DNA from: the human T2T-CHM13v2.0 reference genome, Homo sapiens
Assembly (NCBI RefSeq): GCF_009914755.1
Contig: NC_060941.1
Direction: 5' to 3' (one strand)
Length of the DNA: 64,000 nucleotides
Shown piece after piece: positions 50,777-64,000 of the stretch. Positions within the stretch are counted from its first letter, which is position 1; every line of letters starts with the position of its first letter. The notes under the pieces were generated by a model. The model searched no databases. It was not told the DNA's origin and worked only from the letters and a program-made list of their open reading frames with translations. A program made the translations under genes and the position numbers.

Positions 50777-53509
50777 CTAAAATTAAATAAATAAATAAAG
50801 CTATTATATGAATATTCTTTTGTGAAGTTTTTTTTTGGGGGGGATTGACATAAGTTTTTATTTCTTTTGGGTCACAAGACAGAGGCATGTATAGTTTCAT
50901 ATAAAATTGCCAGGTCTTCTCCCAAAGCATTTACACCGCTTTATACCCTCATCAACAATGCGTGAGAGTTATAACTTAACTCTAATTGGCAATTCTTTTC
51001 CCCTATGGTTATTGTTTTCAGGTTCTTAAAAACCTTTGCCTACCCTCTAGTCATGAACATATTCTATCATTTTTTCTTTCTTTCTTTTTTGAGAAAGTCT
51101 TGTTCTGTTGCCCAGGCTGGAGTGCAGTGGTGGGATCTCGGCTCACTGGGTTCAAGCGATTCTCCTGCCTCAGCCTCCCAAGCAGCTGAGATTACAGGCG
51201 TGTACCACCGTGCCCGGCTAATTTTTGTAGTTTTAGTAAAGGTGGGATTTCACCATATTGGCCAGGGTGGTCTCGAACTCCTGACCTCGTGATCTGCCCA
51301 CCTCAGCCTCCCAAAGTGCTGGGATTACAGGTGTGAGCCACCGTGCCCAGCTCAATCTTTTATATTTTAAAGAATGTCTCTTTAAAGATATCAATAGGCC
51401 ATATTTTTGGCATATTTGAATTTTTACAGAAAGAACATCATAACCATTATGATTATTATCGTTATGCATATTACATAACCTCATTGAGTGTTTATTCTAC
51501 ACTAACACTGTTCTACAAATGTGAGACAGCATTATAATTATCCCATTTTAGGAATGAAGAAATTGAGGTACAAACTGGTTGTTGCTTTTTGCCCACAGAC
51601 AGCATTTGAACCTTACTTTATCCATTATGACAATCTTTGCCATTAACTGTGGTGTTTAGTACGTTAACATTTAATATAATTTTTGATATTGTTAGATTTG
51701 TGTCCACCATGTTACTATTTATTTTCCGTTTGTCGCCTGTATTTGTATTCCTCTGTTCTACCTTTTCTGCCTTCTTTGGTATTATTTGAATATTTTTTAG
51801 AATTTTGTTTTAACTTGCCTATTGGGTCTACCTCTTTGCATTATTTATTCCCTTGTTTTTTAAAAAATTACATATGCCTACATTCTTAAACAATGTATTA
51901 CTCATTTTTGATTGTTTGAGGGCTTAAAAACTGTGTTATACTGTGTGTAGTTTTCCCAATATGCTTTTTAAAAACTAAATATTATCCTGAAAAGATTCAT
52001 CTACTTATTACATATAGCTATAGTTCACTCATTTTTGATGGGGTAAAATTCGAATATATCATAGTTTATCCATTCTATTTACATAGACTAGATTGTTTCT
52101 ATTTTTTTGGTGACATACACAATGCTGCTATCAGCATTCTTGTACGTGTCTTTTGGTGTACATGCAAAATATATCAACAGTATATATACCTATGAGTGAA
52201 ACTGCAGGGTCATAGAGTAAATAAAGGTTCAACTTTACAAGATAGTACCAAATTATTTTCCAAAGTGGTTGTACTGATTTATACTCTCACCAGAAAGAGT
52301 AAGAGTTTTAGTTGATCTAAATTCTAGCCAACACAGGATCATCAGATGTTTTCTATTTTTGCCAGTCTAATGTTTTATCTCATTATGGTCTTAATTTGCT
52401 TTGTCTTGAGATTAACTAATGAGGTTGGGCATCCTTTCATAGGTTTATGGGCTACTACTAGTTTCATAGCCTTGCCCTTATTTCTAAAATAAGCACACCA
52501 AAAGAAGGATAATTCAAATTATTTTCAGTTTTTTGGTGGATTTTTCTACCTATGAGAATTGTGATGAGAATATGTGGATAAGTAAAAAGCAAAAACACCC
52601 CTGATGCTTTCTTATAGGGCACAAGCAGCCAAAACCAGTTATGTCTACAGGGGTGAACTACATTTATTGAGTACTACGATGGGCTAGGTACTTTATATGT
52701 TGTTTCACTGAATGGGTACCACACCCTATGGGACTTATTCAAGGTCATAAATGGTGGAGTCAGGATTTGAACGTGGGTCTATCTTTCTGCTATAATCAGC
52801 TGCATCTAAACTAAAAATCTTACTTTGATACTTATAACCCAAGATGGCAATTCAGAGGGAGCTGAAGAAGAAGGAATATCTTTTTTCATGGCTTTTAATA
52901 AAGTAATATCCTTTGCATCTTTCCTCTATGACTTCTACACTTCAAAGTAGTGCCAAAAGCGTAGAAAATTCCTTTGGCTCCCCCAAAAAGCAAATCAGAA
53001 CAGTGTTTTTAACACAAGATCCCCAAATAATTTTTTCTTTCTTTATGTTTCAATAGCCAGCCAAATGAATAATTTGCTTTCCCTTCTGTTTACTTCGAAA
53101 AAAAAACTTGAGGGAAAAAAAAACTAAGCATATCAAAGCATTGTAGGTCTTAGGGTAAAATGGATTTAAAAGGAATGAAAAAAATGTTCAATTATGTTAA
53201 TTTCAGCAGAATTCACCGCCAAAAAAGCAAAGACACAACATTTCTTATTTAATAAGAGTAACTATCGGGTAATGCAGTTATCTTGAACAATAGCATTCAA
53301 ATGGTAGCTGAAGGTGGAATGCTTACCATTCTATTCTAACAAGTGCAGAAACCAGATATAACAGCCTTTCTTGTCAAGTAACTTCACACATTGTTACTGA
53401 AAAATGCCAGTCAATCTCTTCAAAACATTGGAAATTACCAGGAGAAAAGTGTAGAGACAGCTCTTAGTTTCTTAGTGAACAGAATAATTTCTGATACATA
53501 ACGAGAATA

Positions 53510-53600
53510 TCTAAATTAAATAATTAAATAATTAAATAAATTACTAAATGTTTAATTAATTAAACATTTAATTAATTTAATAATTAAATGACTAAATATT
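53510..53600. repeat. AT-rich low-complexity tract containing a perfect 26-bp palindrome
   Basis: taaatgtttaatt|aattaaacattta at 53545-53570. Confidence 0.9.
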
Positions 53601-53728
53601 TGTTGGCTTTTTTATGATCAAATTTCCAAGAGCCCTATTGTTAAATAGCTTTTAAAGAGTATAATTACTTCTTATGTTCTTAAGAAAAAATTGACCTAGA
53701 AACAGTAAGGTATTACATTTAATTTTAG

Positions 53729-54064
<336 letters not shown>

Positions 54065-54249
54065 TAAGTATTAATTGAAAGATTAATGCATTCTTATTAA
54101 TCTGTTTACTACCTGATCATAAAAACAGGTCACTAAATAAAATATGTCTGGAAAATATAGAAGCACTGAAGTAATATTTGCTGAGAAGTAGGCTTGGTGG
54201 AGGGAGATGCTGTCAGCCTTGAACACTGGGCTAGCAGAGTGTTAAGCAA

Positions 54250-54690
54250 TATTTTCCCAAATCTTATCATTCAAGATTCTTTACACTTTCTATTTGCTCC
54301 AATCCAAGTCATCTCATTTATCATTCTCCAAACGTACCTATTGACTTCCTTTGTTCATGCTGTTGTATCAACCTAGAAAGCCCCTCTCCCCTCTCCTATA
54401 TTCTTTTCCAGTCTTCAAAGCTAGTTTCAAACACTAGTAGTTTGTGACATTTCTTTTATCACCTGACTGATGCTCTCTGTCTCCCTCCAAACCTAACGGT
54501 TGCTGTGCATCATTTTTGCGACACTACCAGTTCTCTTTCTGGGTTACAACTGGGTACTTGTTTTATCTCCCATCATCAGATTGTAATCTCCTTAAGGGCA
54601 GGAACTATGCCTCATTGCCCTTTGCATCTCACTCTGTGTTTAGCACAATGCCCTATGTGCAGATGGAACTCAATAAAGGGTCGAATGAGT
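54250..54690. mobile_element. L2 fragment (other L2/MIR remnants at ~5800, 11150, 18120, 23850, 55080, 62340-63000)
   Basis: Typical L2 3' motifs: gattgtaatctccttaagggcagga, tagcacaatgcc...actcaataaa...gaatgagtga. Confidence 0.65.
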
Positions 54691-56046
54691 GACTGGAGCA
54701 GCTAACTAATGCCATGTGAATGCTTGAAGCTAACTAGCTATACATTTTCTGCTAGTAAGGACTCTATGCCAGTTACATTTTAGCCTTACCAGGTTAAAAG
54801 AATGGTTTTTGTTGCTCAGGAGTAGCCTGTGGCTAAGATCTGGCAGTAATACCTTAATACCTTACCCAAAGACTATCCTTTTGGTTAAGCAGACAGAATC
54901 ATTTACTTGATCTCAATTTTTAAAACATATTATTTTTTTTGAAAGATGAGGTCTCGCTATGTGCCCAAGCTGGTCTTGAACTTCTAGCTTTAAGCAATCC
55001 TCCCACTTCAACCTCCCAAAGTGCTGGGATTACAGGTGTGAGCCACTGCACCCAGCCCATCTGCTCTCAATTATATATTCATTCATTCTCATTCATTCAT
55101 TCATTCAACATTCATTGACTACCTATTATGTTTTAGATACTAGGCACCAGGGAATGAAAGTAAGCACAACTGTCCTTATTCTTAAACAGTTAGTATTGTA
55201 GTGGGGGAGACAGTTCCATAAAACAGAAATTATAACGATATGTCATTTAGGCCTACAGCAAAAGGACATACAAAATGTTATAGAAGCAACAGAGGAAGAA
55301 GTGACTAACTATGGTGTTGGGAAATCCTTCACAAAAGTTAATTTTTTGGCCGGGCTTGAACTAGTGGGTTTTTGTCAGATGGAAAATAAGAGTATTGGCC
55401 AGGCATGGTGGCTCATGCCTGTAATCTCAGCACTTTGGAAGTCCAAGGTAGGAGAATCCCTTGAGGCAGGAGTTTGAGACCAGTCTAGGACACATAGCGA
55501 AACACTGTTTCTACAAAAAAAAAAAAAAAAAAAAGAAAAGAAAAAAAAAGTAAGTAAGAGTATTTCAGGGAGAAGAACAGGCAAAAGAGCTGAAAACTGT
55601 AGAAGAATGAGAGTCTGATAAATTTGGGGAAGAGTGAGCAGCTGTGGATTTTTCAAGCAAAGGTACAGGTATTGGGGGTTAAGGCTATCAAGTAATATTA
55701 CTGTTATGAGTCTGCAATGATGGAAATTCCAAGATAACAGTTCTATGATCAGAAAAGATGGTTATGAATTGTCAATTCACTGGATATCAGATTATCCATC
55801 AGTTACCTCAGCCCTTGGAAATAAATGAATAGTAGGAGGTATCTATCAGACAGGAAAAAGGAATCTAGTAGTCTTTCTAAGAGACATATGTGCTTCGAAA
55901 CTGGAAGAGATAATGCCATGCTTCTGGCTTTTGAAAAAAGCAGATATAAAACACACAGGCTTGAGGAGGAATAAAGGCATCAGGTCTGCCACTTGGCCAC
56001 TTGAAAGAGAAGGCTTAGATCCACTGCTAGAAACAGAAAAAACAGC

Positions 56047-56545
56047 TGTTTGGGTTATCTATTGCTTTATAACAAATTACTGCTTTATTATATTTTATGA
56101 TTTTATGGGTCAGAAATTCAAGCAGCACTTGGCTGGGTGATTCTTCAGTTCTACATGGTATTGCTAAGGGTCATTCAGTGCTATTCAGGTGATATTTAGT
56201 TAGCATATGAGCTGGTATGGAGGATCTAAGCAGCTTCATTCACATGTCTAATGTCATAGCCTAGATGGGTGGAAAGCTGGGCTCAACTGGAAATGTAAAC
56301 TGGAGTGCCTAAACATGATTTCTAATTTATCTTGGGCTTCCTCAAAGCATGGTATCCTCAGGGTTGGTCTTCTTGAATAATGGCTCAGGGCTCCAAAAGG
56401 ACTAGTCATCCTAAAGGCTAGGCTCAGAGCTGGCATAGTGTCATTTCTGCCACACTTTATTGGTGTACCAAAAAAGTCCAACACAGATTCAAGGAATCTG
56501 TGAGAGGAATTAGATTCCCTTCGCACAATAGCAGAAGTAACAAGA
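56047..56545 (-). mobile_element. Old MLT1 (MaLR) LTR
   Basis: ttatctattgctttataacaaattac...tgggtcagaaattcaagcagcacttggctggg...gtgtcatttctgccacactttattgg. Confidence 0.65.
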
Positions 56546-57935
56546 ATTTGCAGCCATCTTTCGACCCTGGTGATTAATTGAATAAGTAGACAAAATTAAC
56601 AGGACAGAAAAACAGGTAGTTAATGACAGTGAATGAAGTAGAGCTCCTAAAGCCTAGGGCCATAGAGCTATTTAGGAGGGCAAAGCAGCTAACTCTTAGG
56701 TCAGTGCAAGGAGGACTGAAGGCCATATGGATATTTTTACAGGTTAATGTCTATAAAGAAGTGTTCTCTTTATTGGGAGGCTAAGGACAAGAAAGGACCT
56801 GCAAGCATGGCAGTAAAGACACACAGTATGGTCCAGGACCAGAGTGAATACCTAGGCACTCATAATCTGAGAAAGCTGGTTTGGAAGAGGCTCAGACATG
56901 ATCAAATCAGTAGTTCCCATATAATCTGACCTTGTTTTAAAGTCTAATTTAGATCAAGATATATAGTATTGGCTGGAATCAGGAATCAGAGATTCAATTT
57001 AATCATATTTTATAGAGATATGACATGCATTAAAGTAAAAACAAAGTCAGAGGATCCTGGAATACTTACAATTAAAATCAAAGTCACATCATGCTCCTAT
57101 TAATATTATGACAGGGTTTAAGAAACCTTAAATAAACAAACTTTCTTCCCTATAATTTTCAAGCAATAGAAAACCTCTGTGAGACACCTACTATTTCTCT
57201 AGTGTTTCTTTCAAACTCCTTTAAAATACAAATAGGTGTGAATCACAGTCAGGATGGTCAGCAACAAGAAAGCGAGCTTGATTAGAATTTTGCTGAAATA
57301 GCTTTGATTCTAAAGAAAAAAAAGTCCTTGGACAACAGCTAATTTAAGAGACATCACAGTCCAGTCAATGCCCTATAGAAAAATCTGAGCTCTGGATGTG
57401 AAACTGTTACTGGATGTCTTTTGTCTTCAATCCTTATTCCACTTTTTAAAAAGTTATTTAATGTGTGCAACCTAACTCACCCACTTGTGATAATTTCAGA
57501 GTTGTTATACAGTCTTTTCTATCACTAGAGATCAAATTCATTGGTTTTAGAAAGCAACAAGTCTTTGTTGTTGTTGTTGTTTTTTGAGCCAGGGTCATGC
57601 TCTGTTGCCCAGGTTGGAATGCAAAGGCACGATCATAGCTCACTATAACCTCAAATTCCTGGGTTCAAGTGTTCTCTCGCCTCAGCCTTCATGAGTTCAC
57701 AAGTAGCCAGGACTATAGGTGCATACCACCACATCTGGCTTTTTTTTTTTTTTTTTTTTTTTTGAAGGGGGAAGAGATGAGGTCTAACTAAGTTGCCCAG
57801 GCTGGTCTCGAACTCTTGGCTTCAAGTGATCCTCCCACCTCGGCCTGCCAAAGTGCTAGGGTTACAGATATGAGCTACCACACCTGGCCATAAAAGGCAA
57901 TAAGTCTTACAGTGTTCTGAACCTGTCACATCTGA

Positions 57936-58214
<279 letters not shown>

Positions 58215-58391
58215 TAATTTTTTGTATTTTTTAGTAGAGACGGGGTTTCACCATGTTAGCCAGGATGGTCTTGAACTCCTGACCTCGTGATCCGCTCACC
58301 TCAGCCTCCCAAAGTGCTGGGATTACAGGCGTGAGCCACCATGCCCGGCCCTCATGCCTATAAGTTCTTATTCTTTAGCTCTGACGTTGGT

Positions 58392-58563
58392 CCGCTGGTG
58401 TGCTGGAGCTGGCTAGGTTGTTAGATAACAATTGTTACATTTTTAGGAACCTTGTGAGACACGTCGGTAGCCAAGGCGGATGTGTTTATCAGCAAAATCA
58501 GCAAATGCCACACATGAGCCCCTGCTTAGAAAACAGGCTTTTAAACATTTACTAGCATACAAC
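58392..58563. mobile_element. hAT DNA transposon fossil (MER63-like)
   Basis: Ends resemble ggtgtgctggagctggct...taaacatttactagcatacaac (degenerate terminal inverted repeats). Confidence 0.5.
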
Positions 58564-60837
58564 AAGTTGTGGGGCCTCGGAATCAGTACATTAAAAAAGC
58601 TCTGTAGATAACTGATAAGCAGTTAAGACTGAAAACCTTTGGCTTAAAGGTTTGGAGAAACAACATCAAAAAGCCCAGGGTACACATAGCCTCTGCCTAC
58701 TCAAGGTACCTGTGCTAGGTAACCAAGGAGAGCAGTATGATCATAGAAACTCAGCTATCAAAAAAAAAAAAAAATTCCCTTCCTAGACTGTAAGCTCTGT
58801 AGAGCAGGACTATGTTTTTATAGTGCTAAGCATACAGAAGATGCTCAGTAGATATTAGACAAATTAATAAATGTGGTTCAAGATTTCACAACCAGTAAGT
58901 GGCAAAACCAGAAATAAACTTAGGCTAATTTCACTATATTTTGTACTTTTTTCCTCCATTAAGTTATTAGTCATATACTTGGTTTGCCAATCCAAGATGA
59001 GTGCTTAAATATGGGGCAGACAGCATGCGGCACCCATCATAAGATAGTAAGAAGACTCTGCCTCTGTGTCATTCTCTTGTTTGCCAGAACCAGAAAAGTC
59101 AACAAAGTCTCTTCATGATTATTGTCTCATTTGAACCACTCCGGAATGAATGCCATGTAGGTATGATTATAGCCTTATTTTTCAGTTGATGAATCTGCCT
59201 CATGGAAGTGAGATAATTTGCTCAAAGTAACCTAAGAGTACACAGCCAAGTCAGGATTCTGTCTGAAAAGGTCAAATAACACCTTCTACCAGAACAGGTT
59301 GCTCCTCTTGTGTTAAAGGAATGCTCCAGATTCTGCTCCCTTCCATTCAGGTGAAATTCCAGATCCCACTTTCTGAAGACCCCACACTTGGTCCATTTCC
59401 TTCATTGTAGCCTGAGCCCTCAATATGGACATAGAGTCTTATGTTCAGCCAATACATACTGATACAGCTGTACTAACTGTTAAAATATTGAAATAGTGAC
59501 TGCCTGGAGCCCCTCTGAGTGTGTCATGATCCAGCCACAACCAGGTAAATGCCTAGTGCAGCAGGGGACGTCCAGGTCTTGCTCCCATCTTTTCTGATTG
59601 GTTGATGGCTATACCATACTAGTTGTGAAATATTTTGAATATCTCCTCCTCTACTTATAGCCACATCTCTTCTGTTCTCTAAACTTTGGTTTAAAACTCT
59701 TAACTGTGATCTTAGCTTCACCTGGGGGATCCTACCTGTATGCCTCTTTTGCCCATATATGTTTTCTTATTCGTCTGTCCTACCAGCTATACCAATTGCT
59801 TAGCCTGGCATCTGGGTTTAGCACCAGGCCTCTGCTACACGTGATTACCACGCTTCCACAAGAAACTTAAACAATGAGAAGCACTCATAACACCTGGAAG
59901 AGGCTAAATAAAATCCATCTGTTATGTTTCTTGTAGCATTAAACATTCTAATTGTTCATGGATATAAAGAACAAGAGGACTAACCAAGGTTACAAAAGGA
60001 AACATTATCTAGAAATAAGGACGAAGAACATGTAAAGAAGGATAATGAAGCAACACCGATTACTTAACAAATACTCCTAAATGAACAGCATAATTTTCTC
60101 AAACTTTCTAAAATCACTTTCAAACTACAAAGTAGGGAAATACAGTTAGTGGCCCAAGTAAAAAAGAAATTAGAATATTTAAGATGTAGGTATACTGCTA
60201 AGACAGTTTTCATTAGGGGGAAATGAATTGTTACTACGTTAATATTTTACTATTTATATTTAAATCTAGACAATTACCTTTTCAGCTATCAATAGAGGAA
60301 AAGAGGATATTGAATATCTCTGAACAGCAAATAATCAATATACTCACTGAGAGCTGCTGGAGTCTATAGGGGACACAGAAAAGTGTGAAACAGTACCATA
60401 CTCAAGGAGTTCATCTGCCTGAAGGGGAGTTCATCTGCCTGTTTTATCTGAAAAGTTGTTCCAAAATATACAGTATAAATGTATGGCACAGGAAGTACAT
60501 GTCACAGGAATTCAGAAGAGAGATGAAGAAAAGGGAAGAGCAGTAGAAATACATTTGACATCTTGGAGTGGCAGTGAACTGACTAGCTGAGTTAAAACCC
60601 AGAGCTTTCCTTAAGGTAGGCTGCAAAGATAAGCTGCAGGAGACAGGACTTTGAACCTGATCCTATGAGGTAGCCAGGGAAGGTATTTATTAGCATCTTA
60701 GAAAATTATAAATATGTTGTTTTGATGGCTTTTTTTTTTTTTTTTTTTTTTTTAGGAAACACTACAATTTGGAAAGCCAATCGAGAAAAGTTAGGTAGTT
60801 TTTCCAAAGCCAGTGACACTGCTAATTTAACTATGGG

Positions 60838-60856
60838 CCTCCACTAGAGGGCAGAC
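60838..60856 (+). promoter_or_regulatory. Candidate CTCF motif
   Basis: cctCCACTAGAGGGCAGac is a full match to core CCASYAGRKGGCR, in non-repeat sequence with a few retained CpGs nearby. Confidence 0.65.
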
Positions 60857-61045
60857 GAGTCGAAGCTTACACTGTGGTTGAACTGGAGAAAGCAGTGCAT
60901 TCATAGAAAATTCTGAGAAAATTATTTTGTTTAAAGACCATTTTCAGTGCCTTCAAACTTGGACAGAGTCTTTAGCTAGCAGATCAGTCTTTCACAGAAA
61001 ATCTTTCTGTGGTATAAAATGCTTCTTTTTTTGTTTTGTTTTTGA

Positions 61046-61150
<105 letters not shown>

Positions 61151-63744
61151 TGAGTAACAGGGATTACAGGCGCCCGCCATCACGCCTGGCTAATTTTTGT
61201 ACTTTTAGTAGAGACGGGGTTTCGCCATGTTGGCCAGGCTGGTCTCGAACTCCTGACCTCAGGTGATCCGCCCGCCTCGGCCTCCCAAAGTGCTGGGATT
61301 ACAGGCATGAGCCACCACAGCCGGCCTAACGTGCTTCTTAATTGCAAAATAGACCAGTAGAAAAGTTATACTTTGGGAGTCTGGCTCCGCTGACAGCCAC
61401 ATGTGCTTATATGTGGTAGGCATATCTGGAATGCCAACAACAGCACTCATCACTGACTATCTTACCTCAATCTTCCCCACTCATCTCAGGCACATCCTAA
61501 CCACCACCCAAGTTGATGTCTAACTATGTGTATACTATCTGGACCATAATTTCAATCTAGATTTTCCTTTTCATTTTGGTCAACTGGGGAAGTTCTTTAT
61601 CCCTTTAAAGTCAGAGGTAAGGTGAGGCCACTAGACAAAGACTCTGATATGTGCATTTGCCTCAGCAGGCTGAGGAGCTGTTATATGGTGGAGTGGGGGT
61701 TGGTAGGAGCCTTCAGTTCTCATTAACTAGAACACAAGGTGAATGATAACAACTAAATAAAAAGGTTGAGAATTTCATTAAACTTTTGAGAGGCTAAGGC
61801 TAGATTTTGTAAAGTACTATAAACTCCTTTTTCTGCTTTGATCTCTTGTCAAAAAAAGATGTATGAGCAGGCTGGGAATGGTGGCTCATGTCTGTAATCC
61901 TGGGACTTTGGGAGGCTGAGGCGGGCAGGTCACTTGAGGTCAGGAGTTCAAGACCAGCCTGGCCAACATGGCAAAACTTCGTCTCTACTAAAAATAAAAA
62001 AATTAGCCATGCGTGGTGGCACACGCCTGTAGTCCCAGCTACTCAGGAAGTTGAGGCACAAGAATCACCTGAACCCAGGAAGCGGAGGTTGCAGTCAGCT
62101 GAGATTGCACCACTGCACTCCAGCCTGGGCAACAGAGTGAGACTCTGTCTCTAAATAAATAAATATGCAAAAGCAATCCTATTTAGTAGCTTGATAGACT
62201 GCCATTAGCTGGAAGTTAATTTTCCTCTACTCCTCACCAGTGTTAGTATCACAAGTATTTTCTTTTACCCATATCCTACAAAATGATATCATTTAGTTTC
62301 AGATATAGGTACACTTCAACTGCAGGTGAATTTTGCTGTACTTAAAGTCTTGTAGTATCTCTAACATACCACTCCGTCTTGTCTCAGACTTTACTGTTCC
62401 CTCTGCCTAGAATACCCTTCATTCCCCCTTTTGCTTGCCTACTTCTATTAATCCTTTATTCCCTCATTCATGAGATGAAATCTAACTCTGAAGCCCAGAC
62501 TGCAGGGCAGTGGTGTGATTATAGCTCACTGCAGCCTTGAACTCCTAGGTTCAAGAGATTCCCCCACCTCAGCCTCCTGAGTAACTGAGACTACAGGCAC
62601 ACACCACCGTGCCCAGCTCATTAAAAAAAATTTTTTTTAGAGACAGGGTCTCGCTTGGTTGACCAGGCTGGTTTCGAACACCTGGCTCCGAGCAATCCTT
62701 CCACCTCGGCCTCCCAAAGTGCTGGGATTACAGGCATGAGCCACCCCACCAGCCCTACTTATCTTTTAGATTGGAACTTAGGTGTCCCTTTCTCCAGAGG
62801 CCTTCCTTGATCCCTCTAGGACTGGGTTCCACGGTCTTTCCAAATACAACCATACTCCCTCTACAGTTCTCTAGTGTAGCAATTCTCACACTGCCTGTTT
62901 ACTTGTTGGTCTCCATATTATAAGCTTGAAGGCAGGAACTGTCTCTTGATCACTGCTGTATACTCAGCACCTAGCAATGCTGAATAAAAATTTTGAATAA
63001 ATGACTAATGTAAAAGAAAGAACAAGTATTGTAGGACAGATTCTCCAACCAAGGTGCCCCATTTTCTATAATGTAGATTCAGTCTGCAAACACCCTGATT
63101 GATTTAAAATACAAAAAGATAGTAATTCCTCAAACAAGAATATTCTTAGCTATAGCCATCCCACATTTTCACATACGCAACCATTTTAGAGACTGCACAA
63201 CAGAATTCTCATAGAAACAAAGATGAATGGGTCAATGTTGTCAATAATAATCATAAATTAGGGAACTAATCATCATCATCTGCTTTTAGAAGTGGGTTCT
63301 ATTTATTTTATTTTAGATAGTCATATCTAGCAATCTTTATAGCTTCTATTTTTTAACTTGCATATTTAAATAAGTTTCCCAGAAAATAGTTCATTAATTC
63401 ATCTACAATTTATTGTGGTATATGGTTGAAGATAGAGCTATCTAACTTAATTTTCTCCCCAAATAGTTAATTGTTATTACAGCACTACCTGGCTATTTAT
63501 CCATTTTCCCCAACTGACTTGAAATTCTACCTTAATCATACACTAAATATTTTCATGTACTAAGGTCTATTTCTGGGCCTTCTAGGCAACATCTTTCTTG
63601 TACACCATGCTATTATTAGCTTATAATTGTTTTCAATATGTGACTGTGAGAATCTCATCTTTTAATTTTGAGTGCACAATTTCACCCACTTAGTCTTCCA
63701 AATGACTTTGTTAGGTTTTCAACACCCTAAAAATCCCTTTAGAA

Positions 63745-63897
63745 CAAGCTTGTCCAACCCATGCCCAGAATGGCTTTGAATGTGGCCCAACACAAATTCG
63801 TAAACTTTCTTAAAACATTATGATTTTTTTTTGTAATTTTTTTTCTCAGCTCATCGGCTATCATTAGTGTATTTTATATGTGGCCCAAGAAAATTCT
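63745..63897. mobile_element. MER30 (hAT-Charlie) fragment followed by an Alu
   Basis: caagcttgtccaaccc...ggctttgaatgtggcccaacacaaattcgtaaactttcttaaaacattatga. Confidence 0.8.
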
Positions 63898-64000
63898 TTT
63901 TTTGTTTGTTTTTTGGAGACAGAGTCTCGCTCTGTTGCACAAGGTGGAGTGCGGTGGCACAATCTCGGCTCACTGCAACCTCTGCCTCCTGGGTTCAAGC

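Noticed and set aside
53315-53335. TEAD-like GGAATG/CATTCT motifs and a minus-strand GTAAGC donor-like site
   Set aside because: Short motifs only; I could not define a matching acceptor or reading frame.
60406-60441. 20-bp-period duplication of ggagttcatctgcctg
   Set aside because: Isolated slippage event in old repeat-like sequence, with no functional context.

Overview
Human/primate genomic DNA, not prokaryotic: no operons, rRNA, tRNA or CRISPR arrays. I recognise it from memory as an intronic part of SSH2 (slingshot protein phosphatase 2, chr17q11.2), transcribed on the minus strand. Only two coding exons are supportable. One is a 44-nt internal exon at 46789-46832 (EADSGEEECRSQPR/S). 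The other is an alternative first exon inside a CpG island, with CDS at 14018-14145 (MTLSTLARKRKAPLACTCSLGGPDMIPYFSANAVISQNAINQ/L). Both end in phase 2, so both can splice to the same downstream exon outside the window. The rest is intron: about 60 Alu copies or fragments, old L1/L2/MIR pieces, DNA transposon fossils (Tigger3, MADE1, MER5, MER30), LTRs (MLT2, MLT2A, MER57-like, MER61, MaLR), a truncated PPIA retrocopy and a SNORA70 retrocopy. Nearly all entries in the ORF track are Alu/repeat artefacts. I found no convincing new biological system. The best leads are: a uORF and two-ATG layout in the alternative first exon; a near-identical 157-bp duplication bracketing the micro-exon; three Alus inserted serially at one target site, the newest a consensus-like AluYa5; a provirus-like unit with mismatched LTRs; a sense-oriented MLT2A LTR with DUX4-type motifs; and strong CTCF motifs. 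Repeat family names come from recalled consensus sequences and boundaries are approximate unless a TSD is given.
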